DNA from: an uncultured Gammaproteobacteria bacterium
GTDB lineage: Bacteria > Pseudomonadota > Gammaproteobacteria > UBA9214
Assembly (NCBI GenBank): GCA_963701455.1
Contig: CAVPAE010000007.1
Coordinates: forward strand, 223,761 to 287,760
Direction of reading: 5' to 3'
Length of the DNA stretch: 64,000 nt
The notes beneath the pieces were generated by a model. It was not told where the DNA came from and made no database searches. It was given only the letters and a program-made list of their open reading frames with translations. The position numbers and the translations under genes are program-made. Numbering within the stretch: the first letter of the stretch is position 1; every line of letters starts with the position of its first letter. Of this stretch, positions 30,071 through 38,068 are shown in pieces.

Positions 30071-33000
30071 TCAGAAATCGCTACTGGTTGTACGGTGCTC
30101 AGGCCCGGGGCGACGGTCCTTGATCGTCGTCATGCTGCTGTCCGTATACATATGACAGCTTCCCGAACAGTCCCTCAACTCGCTGACACTGTAGGTCGTA
30201 TCGGGATTCTCGTATTTCTTGTGTGCGCTCTGCTTGAAATCATTCGCATGACACGCTGCACAATCCGGCACATACGCAGGTGCCGACCAGTTCACTACCT
30301 CACTGTTTGCCTGGTGACACGCAGTACAGAGAAGATTACTTCTGTGGTCTCCCGGATATGACGCCGAGGTATGCTGGAAATCCAGTGGCACCCAGTAAGA
30401 CGTCGTATGACATGCGTCGCACTGTAAACTGGTGACGAAGTGCCCGCCGGGCTTGCCGGTTGCCGTTGTACCGTTATGACAATTCGAGCATGAACCCGTG
30501 ACTTGGTCGTGATTAAAGCTGGCCGGCAGCCATGCGATAGTCGAATGGCATTCATCGCATTGCGCCGACGTGATGACATGTCCGGATGGCTTTCCGGTTG
30601 AGGTAACCCCGTTGTGGCAGGTAGTACATGTTCCGGGGGTCACATTGGCATGATCGAATACCGCCGGCAGCCAGGCGCTCGTGCTGTGACAGTCATCGCA
30701 GGTGTTGTTGCTGGCGATGTGGTTGACCGACTTGCCGGGCGCCGTGCTGCCATCGTGGCAGCTGAAGCAGGTCCCCAGCACGTCGGCATGGTCCACCCGG
30801 GTCACCGGTAGCCAGGCGCTCGTGCTGTGACAGTCATCGCACAGCGCCGTGGTCTGGATATGGGTACTGTTCTTGCCCGTGGCCGTGGTGCCGTCGTGGC
30901 AGCTCGCGCAGTTGCCGCTCACCGTGCTGTGATCGAAGGTCGCCGGTAGCCAGGCGCTCGTGCTGTGACAGTCATCGCAGGTGTTGTTGCTGGCGATGTG
31001 ATTGGCCGTCTTGCCGGGCGCCGTGCTGCCATCGTGGCAGCTGAAGCAGGTCCCCAGCACGTCGGCATGGTCCACCCGGGTCACCGGCAGCCAGCTACTG
31101 GTGCCGTGGCAGTCCTCGCACAACGCCGTGGTCTGGATGTGGGTCGGGTTCTTGCCCGTGGCCGTGGCACCGTCATGACAGCTCGCGCAGTTGCCGCTCA
31201 CCGTGCTGTGATCGAAGGTCGCCGGCAGCCAGGCACTCGTGCTGTGACAGTCATCGCAGGTGTTGTTGCTGGCGATGTGGTTGACCGACTTGCCGGGCGC
31301 CGTGCTGCCGTCGTGGCAGCTGAAGCAGGTCCCCAGCACGTCGGCATGGTCCACCCGGATCACCGGCAGCCAGCTACTGGTGCCGTGGCAGTCCTCGCAC
31401 AACGCCGTGGTCTGGATGTGGGTCGGGTTCTTGCCCGTGGCCGTGGCACCGTCATGACAGCTCGCGCAGTTGCCGCTCACCGTGCTGTGATCGAAGGTCG
31501 CCGGCAGCCAGGCACTCGTGCTGTGACAGTCATCGCAGGTGTTGTTGCTGGCGATGTGGTTGACCGACTTGCCGGGCGCCGTGCTGCCATCGTGGCAGCT
31601 GAAGCAGGTCCCCAGCACGTCGGCATGGTCCACCCGGGTCACCGGGATCCAGCTGCTGGTGCCGTGGCAGTCCTCGCACAGCGCCGTGGTCTGGATATGG
31701 GTACTGTTCTTGCCCGTGGCCGTGGTGCCGTCGTGGCAGCTCGCGCAGTTGCCGCTCACCGTGCTGTGATCGAAGGTCGCCGGTAGCCAGGCGCTCGTGC
31801 TGTGACAGTCATCGCAGGTGTTGTTGCTGGCGATGTGGTTGGCCGTCTTGCCGGGCGCCGTGCTGCCATCGTGGCAGCTGAAGCAGGTCCCCAGCACGTC
31901 GGCATGGTCCACCCGGGTCACCGGCAGCCAGCTACTGGTGCCGTGGCAGTCCTCGCACAACGCCGTGGTCTGGATGTGGGTCGGGTTCTTGCCCGTGGCC
32001 GTGGCACCGTCGTGACAGCTCGCGCAGTTGCCGCTCACCGTGCTGTGATCGAAGGTCGCCGGTAGCCAGGCGCTCGTGCTGTGACAGTCATCGCAGGTGT
32101 TGTTGCTGGCGATGTGATTGGCCGTCTTGCCGGGCGCCGTGCTGCCATCGTGGCAGCTGAAGCAGGTCCCCAGCACGTCGGCATGGTCCACCCGGGTCAC
32201 CGGCAGCCAGCTACTGGTGCCGTGGCAGTCCTCGCACAGCGCCGTGGTCTGGATATGGGTACTGTTCTTGCCCGTGGCCGTGGTGCCGTCGTGGCAGCTC
32301 GCGCAGTTGCCGCTCACCGTGCTGTGATCGAAGGTCGCCGGCAGCCAGGCGGTGGTGCTGTGACAGTCCTCGCAGGTCGCGGCACTGGGGATGTGGTTCG
32401 TACTCTTGCCGATGGCGGTGGCACCGTCGTGGCAGCTCACGCAGGTCCCCAGTACCTCGGCATGATCGACCTGGATCGCCGGCAGCCAGGCCGTCGTCTG
32501 GTGGCAGGCCTCGCAGATCGTCGTGGTCTGGATGTGGGTCGGATTCTTGCCGGTGGCCGCGGTGCCGTCGTGACAGCTCGCGCAGTTGCCGCTCACCGTG
32601 CTGTGATCGAAGGTCGCCGGTAGCCAGGCGCTCGTGCTGTGACAGTCATCGCAGGTGTTGTTGCTGGCGATGTGGTTCGCACTCTTGCCGATGGCGGTGG
32701 CACCGTCGTGGCAGCTCACGCAGGTCCCCAGCACCTCGGCATGATCGACCTGGATCGCCGGCAGCCAGGCCGTCGTCAGGTGGCAGGCCTCGCAGATCGT
32801 CGTGGTCTGGATGTGGGTACTGTTCTTGCCGGTGGCCGCGGTGCCGTCGTGGCAGCTCGCACAGTTACCGGTGACGTTGCTGTGGTCGAAGGTCGCCGGC
32901 AGCCAGGCGGTGGTGCTGTGACAATCCTCGCAGGTCGCGGCACTGGGGATGTGGTTCGTACTCTTGCCGATGGCGGTGGCACCGTCGTGGCAACTCACGC

Positions 33001-33808
33001 AGGTCCCCAGTACCTCGGCATGATCGACCTGGATCGCCGGCAGCCACGCCGTCGTCAGGTGGCAGGCCTCGCAGACCGTGCTGGTCTGGATGTGTGAGCG
33101 GCGCTTGCCCGTGGCAACGATGCCGTCATGGCAGCTCGAACAGGCACCAGTGATATTGGCATGGTCGAAACTCGCATTCGCCCAGGCGATGGTGGTATGG
33201 CAATCCTCGCAGGTATCGGCACTCGGAACGTGGTGATTCGACTTACCTGTGGCCGTAGCACCATCATGGCAACTTGAGCATGTAGCGGTAACATTACTGT
33301 GATCGAAGGTCGCAGTTGTCCAGGCAGTTGTGGTATGGCAGTCCTCGCAAGTATCGGCACTTGAGATATGATTGGTGGTCTTGCCGGTCGATGTTGATCC
33401 ATCATGACAAGTTGCGCAGGATCCAATAACTGCATCGTGACTCATGTTAGCCAGTGGTTTCCAGTACGCATCCGTATGACATTCTTCACAAACAAGGTTC
33501 GTCTGGATATGATCAGACGGCATCTTGTCTGCCGGCATCGAGCTGGCCTGGTTGTGACAAACCCCGCATTCAACCGGTGTTCCCTCAAATATTCCACGCA
33601 GGTGACAACTCGTACAGGGTGCATTTTTATGCGCGCCTTCAAGCGGGAATCCTGTAGAAAAATGATCAAACCCGGCATTGGTTCCGAGCGCCATCACACC
33701 ATGTGACAGCAAGAACAGGAAACAGACAAACAGGAACATAACAGTCGCAGGCCGGCGGATTTCCCTCGACCCGGCCATTGACATGGTGACTTGTTGTTTA
33801 GGCTTCAT
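30071..33808 (-). CDS. giant c-type cytochrome with about 50 heme-binding motifs (49 CxxCH + 1 CX3CH)
   Basis: Signal peptide ...FLFLLSHGVMA. My hand count gives 49 CxxCH plus CSGSCH near the C-terminus. About nine tandem 93-aa tetraheme modules, with one extra His per heme (FDHS, THIQ, VDHA, NHIA). Start taken at ATG 33808 (MKPKQQ); ORF ATG 33847 is an alternative. Confidence 0.85.
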   Translation of the reverse strand: MKPKQQVTMSMAGSREIRRPATVMFLFVCFLFLLSHGVMALGTNAGFDHFSTGFPLEGAHKNAPCTSCHLRGIFEGTPVECGVCHNQASSMPADKMPSDHIQTNLVCEECHTDAYWKPLANMSHDAVIGSCATCHDGSTSTGKTTNHISSADTCEDCHTTTAWTTATFDHSNVTATCSSCHDGATATGKSNHHVPSADTCEDCHTTIAWANASFDHANITGACSSCHDGIVATGKRRSHIQTSTVCEACHLTTAWLPAIQVDHAEVLGTCVSCHDGATAIGKSTNHIPSAATCEDCHSTTAWLPATFDHSNVTGNCASCHDGTAATGKNSTHIQTTTICEACHLTTAWLPAIQVDHAEVLGTCVSCHDGATAIGKSANHIASNNTCDDCHSTSAWLPATFDHSTVSGNCASCHDGTAATGKNPTHIQTTTICEACHQTTAWLPAIQVDHAEVLGTCVSCHDGATAIGKSTNHIPSAATCEDCHSTTAWLPATFDHSTVSGNCASCHDGTTATGKNSTHIQTTALCEDCHGTSSWLPVTRVDHADVLGTCFSCHDGSTAPGKTANHIASNNTCDDCHSTSAWLPATFDHSTVSGNCASCHDGATATGKNPTHIQTTALCEDCHGTSSWLPVTRVDHADVLGTCFSCHDGSTAPGKTANHIASNNTCDDCHSTSAWLPATFDHSTVSGNCASCHDGTTATGKNSTHIQTTALCEDCHGTSSWIPVTRVDHADVLGTCFSCHDGSTAPGKSVNHIASNNTCDDCHSTSAWLPATFDHSTVSGNCASCHDGATATGKNPTHIQTTALCEDCHGTSSWLPVIRVDHADVLGTCFSCHDGSTAPGKSVNHIASNNTCDDCHSTSAWLPATFDHSTVSGNCASCHDGATATGKNPTHIQTTALCEDCHGTSSWLPVTRVDHADVLGTCFSCHDGSTAPGKTANHIASNNTCDDCHSTSAWLPATFDHSTVSGNCASCHDGTTATGKNSTHIQTTALCDDCHSTSAWLPVTRVDHADVLGTCFSCHDGSTAPGKSVNHIASNNTCDDCHSTSAWLPAVFDHANVTPGTCTTCHNGVTSTGKPSGHVITSAQCDECHSTIAWLPASFNHDQVTGSCSNCHNGTTATGKPGGHFVTSLQCDACHTTSYWVPLDFQHTSASYPGDHRSNLLCTACHQANSEVVNWSAPAYVPDCAACHANDFKQSAHKKYENPDTTYSVSELRDCSGSCHMYTDSSMTTIKDRRPGPEHRTTSSDF
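30500..33050. repeat. tandem array of about nine 279-bp units (93-aa tetraheme modules) inside the 50-heme cytochrome gene, several copies near-identical at DNA level
   Basis: Identical antisense ORF peptides recur at 31260, 31539 and 31818 (279-bp spacing). 30965 and 32081 share peptide text 1116 bp (4 x 279) apart. This is coding, not a CRISPR array. Confidence 0.85.
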
Positions 33809-33861
33809 ATGCTGTTCTGTTTCCTGAATTAGCAATACCCGGAACACCGGAAATAGCGCCC

Positions 33862-35445
33862 TTACCTGATTTCCACCACGTCAAACGATTCCGTCGTGTG
33901 GCAACGATCGCAATACTTCCCAAACTCTCCGTCATGCACATCCTCCTGGCGATGACAGGAAACACAGGTACCTGGCAGCCTGATTTCTCCTGTTATTTCC
34001 TCAACGTGACAGGACAGACAATCAATATCCTGATGCGCACCATCCAGTTCGTAATTCGTGTGAACGTTGTGTTCAAACTCCCACAAAGACCAGTCATTCG
34101 GGTTATGACACGACTCACAGCGCGGGCCCAAGCGGCGTTCATGCACATCATCCGGCTGATGACAAACATTGCATTCACGTGCCGCCTGTTTGTATGCCGA
34201 TGTCAGATGGCACTCCTCGCACGGGGTAACCGCATGCAAACCGAGAAGCGGGAAATCGGTCATATCGTGTTCGAAACGCACCTTCCCGCCCCAGCCATCC
34301 TCGTCATGGCATTTCTCACAACGCTTGCCCTCCTGGCCCTCGTGCACATCATCCGCTCCATGACAACTGAAACATTCCGTTGCAAGTTTTTCCTCGTAAA
34401 CCTCACCCCTGTGACAGGATGAGCAACTGGCTTCCTGATGCTTCCCGCGCAATGGAAACTCCGTTTCCCGATCATGCTCGTACTTCACCTTGTCCCAGCC
34501 ACGCGTGCTGTGGCAGGCCTGGCATTTATTCCCGTATCGGCCAGCGTGCTTGTCGTCACCGCGATGACAGTCGATACATTCCGTGCCCAGTGCCGTGTCA
34601 TACAGTTTCCCCACATGGCAGACATCGCACTTCACTTCCCGGTGACTTCCGGAAAGCGAATATCCCGTATCACGATCATGATCGAACCGGGAGCGGTCCC
34701 AGCCTGCCTCTGAATGACAGTCTTTGCATTTCTGCCCGTAACGACCGGCATGCACATCATTCAGCCTGTGGCAGGTATGGCATTCCCCGGGGATATCCTT
34801 GTATTTGTGATTGACGTGGCAACTGTCACAGGCCAGTTCTGCATGCTTTTCCCGAAGCACGAAATCCGTGTCGTCGTGGTTGAATTCCTGGCTGGTCCAA
34901 CTGCGCTCGGCATGGCAATCCGCACACTGCTCACCAAGCCTGCCTGCATGAATGTCGTCTCCCTCATGGCATGAGACGCACTCCTGCGGCGCATCGCGGA
35001 ATTTTTTCCCTTCAGCGTGGCAGGCTGCACAACGCGTCGCAATATGCGCACCCTTTAGCAAGTAATCCGTTTCATCATGTGCAAAGGTTTCAACATCCAG
35101 CTGGACTACGTCTGCATCGCGACCCTTGTGATCGCTATGGCAATGACTGCACTCTGCATTCCTTGCCACTCCCAACCCGTGGAAACCTGTCTGCTGCCGA
35201 ATATCTGCATCGACTTCCTCGTGACAGTCCCGGCACAGCATGCTTTGGCTCTCCTTGCTGAAGGGCTTGTGGCACTTTTCACACTCTTCCTCGTATTTCA
35301 TGTGCCCCTCTATCACCTGCCCCGGTTTGACCAGTGATTCGATTCCTGCAAACACAGTCGAACCGAAGCACATAGCCGCCACAAAGAGGGTGGCGGCAAT
35401 ACAAATCCGGTACCGTTTCACAGTGACTTTTCTTGCATGGGCCAT
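33862..35445 (-). CDS. 21-heme c-type cytochrome (7 x tri-heme repeat)
   Basis: Signal peptide MAHARKVTVKRYRICIAATLFVAAMCFGSTVFA. 21 CxxCH motifs in a repeating CxxCH-x~15-CxxCH-xxDDxHxGxxGxxCxxCH-x4-W-x5-FxH pattern. Its start shares one nucleotide with the upstream stop (TGATG at 35443-35447). Confidence 0.85.
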   Translation of the reverse strand: MAHARKVTVKRYRICIAATLFVAAMCFGSTVFAGIESLVKPGQVIEGHMKYEEECEKCHKPFSKESQSMLCRDCHEEVDADIRQQTGFHGLGVARNAECSHCHSDHKGRDADVVQLDVETFAHDETDYLLKGAHIATRCAACHAEGKKFRDAPQECVSCHEGDDIHAGRLGEQCADCHAERSWTSQEFNHDDTDFVLREKHAELACDSCHVNHKYKDIPGECHTCHRLNDVHAGRYGQKCKDCHSEAGWDRSRFDHDRDTGYSLSGSHREVKCDVCHVGKLYDTALGTECIDCHRGDDKHAGRYGNKCQACHSTRGWDKVKYEHDRETEFPLRGKHQEASCSSCHRGEVYEEKLATECFSCHGADDVHEGQEGKRCEKCHDEDGWGGKVRFEHDMTDFPLLGLHAVTPCEECHLTSAYKQAARECNVCHQPDDVHERRLGPRCESCHNPNDWSLWEFEHNVHTNYELDGAHQDIDCLSCHVEEITGEIRLPGTCVSCHRQEDVHDGEFGKYCDRCHTTESFDVVEIR

Positions 35446-36413
35446 CAGTACATGTGCACGGCATACACATGGACAAGACCGGCAATCAAAAGCATGATGA
35501 AGAGAGGCAGATGGAGAACGTGCCACATGGAAAACAACCGCTCGAAGAATGAAAAGCCGGCCACCTTGCGGACCGTATACAGGTATGTGCGCAGGTAATA
35601 CCCTGCCTTGCGGTAATAATAGCGGCGTTGCTCTCGAGTCAGTCTCTCGCGAACAATCGGTGTCCTGAAGAATCGGCGCAACTCCAGCAGGGATACCAGC
35701 AGGCACCAGCGTGATCTGATGTTGATCACCAGCATACTGACCAGGCAAGAGAGAAAGCCGTTTTGGGTTGCCACCGCCTTGTCTTCAATACGCTGCAGCC
35801 GGACCTTCATTCCCGGCATTTCCTTGAAGACGGGTCCGAGTTCCGCCATGGCCATTGCTGTATCGCTGCCCAGATCCTCAAGATCTGCTTTTCGGCCATA
35901 CAGACCGTAGTGGACTTTTGAATATATAAATCTGCCGATCAGGCCACTGCCGGCAACCAGCAGCATACTGAACAGGGCGACATTCCCGTTTATGGAACCG
36001 AGCTGGAAGTTACAATGCAGGAGAATACAAACAGGCCCCAGGATACCCAGCAACATGTGCCCCCTGAACCAGTGGCGCACCGGTCCGAAGCCCTGTGCCC
36101 AGCGCGCATGCTTGCGTAGCGGATACAGCATGAGCAACAGCATCATCGTGCCTCCTGTTATACCAAGGGCATAACCGATACCTAGCTCCGGTGTGAGATA
36201 AAGGTAACTGCCATACTTCCATCCGCAATACACAAGCAGCAGGACCAACAGGTGGAAGACCGGTAACTCCGGAACCCGGGAAGACCTCTCACGTCCCTCA
36301 TTATCCCGTTTGATAATGGGTTCATTTGCAGGGTCCTGAGGGTATCCCGCGACGCCTGCGGCTTGAGTTATCGAGTTCTTGTCAATATCAAAAACAGTCT
36401 GTACTTCACTCAT
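35445..36413 (-). CDS. polytopic membrane protein with conserved His in TM helices; putative b-type cytochrome / quinol-interacting subunit
   Basis: About 6 TM helices. His residues sit in TM1 (FHLL), TM3 (HWFRGHMLLG...LLHCNF) and TM6 (MWHVLHLP...LVHVYAVHMY). Translationally coupled to the 21-heme gene. Start at MSEVQ (36413); ATG 36503 is an alternative. Confidence 0.5.
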   Translation of the reverse strand: MSEVQTVFDIDKNSITQAAGVAGYPQDPANEPIIKRDNEGRERSSRVPELPVFHLLVLLLVYCGWKYGSYLYLTPELGIGYALGITGGTMMLLLMLYPLRKHARWAQGFGPVRHWFRGHMLLGILGPVCILLHCNFQLGSINGNVALFSMLLVAGSGLIGRFIYSKVHYGLYGRKADLEDLGSDTAMAMAELGPVFKEMPGMKVRLQRIEDKAVATQNGFLSCLVSMLVINIRSRWCLLVSLLELRRFFRTPIVRERLTREQRRYYYRKAGYYLRTYLYTVRKVAGFSFFERLFSMWHVLHLPLFIMLLIAGLVHVYAVHMY

Positions 36414-36766
36414 TACCGCCCCCGTTCCCCAGGATGTACAAACACCGCAATATCTGTACCTGCATATCGGACCTGCAGCGAAAGTTCTCAACCAGCCAGG
36501 CAACCCAGAAATACGTATCCGGAGGGGCTCTCATGCTTGAGAAATTCCATAACCCACTGCTTTTACTAGTGAATACACTGCACCACAGAACATAAACACA
36601 GAATCACACAAATGTGACGGACTTCACTATTTGGGAGGATATTCCCATTTGTTGATATACTATGCAACATTCAATTACAGGATTGCCGATGCAGTCACAC
36701 AACAGAAAAGCTTTCAGAAAACATAATTCACATGCGAGCACAGAACCCGCGTACAGGTAGACACCG

Positions 36767-38068
36767 ATGACCGATACCGCACTTTATTTCTATCTGACCC
36801 CGATGCTGTTCATCTGGGGCATTTACTATGGATTTCGCACCAGGAGGCATCGCCGCGCCACCCGCTTGCGCGATGACGCACAAAAGTCCGGTCTTCTGGC
36901 TCCGGCATCACTCCACCCCGTGATAGATTCATGCCGCTGCCTGGGTTGTCGGTCCTGCGTAAGCGCCTGCCCGGAAAAATCAGTACTGGGAATTATTGAT
37001 AGCAAATCCGTGCTGGTCAGCCCTGCCAACTGCATCGGGCACGGCGCATGCAAAACCGCCTGCCCGATGAACGCAATCACACTGGTGTTTGGCACATCCG
37101 AACGCGGCGTCGATATTCCACTGGTTGCTCCCGACTACGAGACCAATGTTCCCGGTCTTTTTATTGCCGGAGAACTGGGCGGGATGGGGCTGATTCGCAA
37201 CGCCGTTGAACAGGGCCGTCAGGCAATGGCATCCATCATCGAGCACTGTCGGAAGGGAAACAGGCAGGAACTGGATGTCGTAATCGTCGGCGCCGGACCC
37301 GCGGGTCTTTCAGCCAGCCTGGCCGCACAGGAAAGCGGCCTGCGCTACGCAACACTCGAACAGGATTCTCTCGGGGGAACGGTATCCCATTTCCCGCGAG
37401 GAAAAATTGTCATGACAGCTCCTGTAAAGCTACCCCAGGTCGGCACAGTTAAATTCAGGGAGATATCCAAGGAAGCACTGCTGGAATTCTGGGAGGACGT
37501 CATCAGGAAGACAGGCGTGCAGATCATATTCAGGGAACGCGTTGAAGCCATCACGCCTCTTGCAGGAGGACTAGAAGTCAGGACTCCCGGGAATGTCTAT
37601 CGCACCAAATGCGTCCTGCTCGCGATTGGCCGGCGCGGCACACCGCGCAAGCTGGATGTGCCTGGCGAAGAATCAACAAAAGTCGTCTACCGGCTGATAG
37701 ATCCAGAGCAATACCGCAATCAGAAAGTACTGGTTGTCGGGGGTGGAGACAGCGCCCTGGAGGCCGCGATAAGTATTGCCGAGCAGCCCGGCACGGATGT
37801 CAGCCTGTCTTATCGCAGCGCTGCATTTTCCCGCGCCAAGGAAAAGAACCGGCAGAAGATTGATGACTTGAACAATTCAGGCCGCTTGAAAGTCTTCCTG
37901 AATTCCACGGTCAGCGAAATACATGAGAACAGGGTAGAAATAGACCAGCAAGGCAACATGATTGATATCGGGAATGATGCCGTGATCGTCTGTGCCGGTG
38001 GCATTTTACCTACACCCTTCCTGAAAGAAATCGGCGTCGAGGTGGAAACAAAATATGGCACGCAGTAA
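36767..38068 (+). CDS. membrane-anchored 4Fe-4S ferredoxin-domain + FAD/NAD(P)-binding pyridine nucleotide-disulfide oxidoreductase-like protein
   Basis: N-terminal TM helix. Two Cys clusters (CRCLGCRSCVSACP and CIGHGACKTACP). Two Rossmann GxGxxG motifs (VVIVGAGPAG, VLVVGGGDSA). Confidence 0.7.
   Translation: MTDTALYFYLTPMLFIWGIYYGFRTRRHRRATRLRDDAQKSGLLAPASLHPVIDSCRCLGCRSCVSACPEKSVLGIIDSKSVLVSPANCIGHGACKTACPMNAITLVFGTSERGVDIPLVAPDYETNVPGLFIAGELGGMGLIRNAVEQGRQAMASIIEHCRKGNRQELDVVIVGAGPAGLSASLAAQESGLRYATLEQDSLGGTVSHFPRGKIVMTAPVKLPQVGTVKFREISKEALLEFWEDVIRKTGVQIIFRERVEAITPLAGGLEVRTPGNVYRTKCVLLAIGRRGTPRKLDVPGEESTKVVYRLIDPEQYRNQKVLVVGGGDSALEAAISIAEQPGTDVSLSYRSAAFSRAKEKNRQKIDDLNNSGRLKVFLNSTVSEIHENRVEIDQQGNMIDIGNDAVIVCAGGILPTPFLKEIGVEVETKYGTQ

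Noticed and set aside
30500-33050. Regular 279-bp periodicity, considered as a CRISPR-like array
   Set aside because: The period is far too long and there are no unique spacers. The repeats are in-frame coding modules.
30614-33097. Series of + strand ORFs (for example MTVIAGVVAGDV...) repeated every 279 bp
   Set aside because: They are the antisense reading of the cytochrome modules. The minus strand encodes CxxCH at regular spacing.
36414-36766. ttgttgatatactatg as a sigma70 promoter
   Set aside because: The -35-like TTGTTG and -10-like TATACT are only 1 nt apart. No properly spaced pair found by eye.
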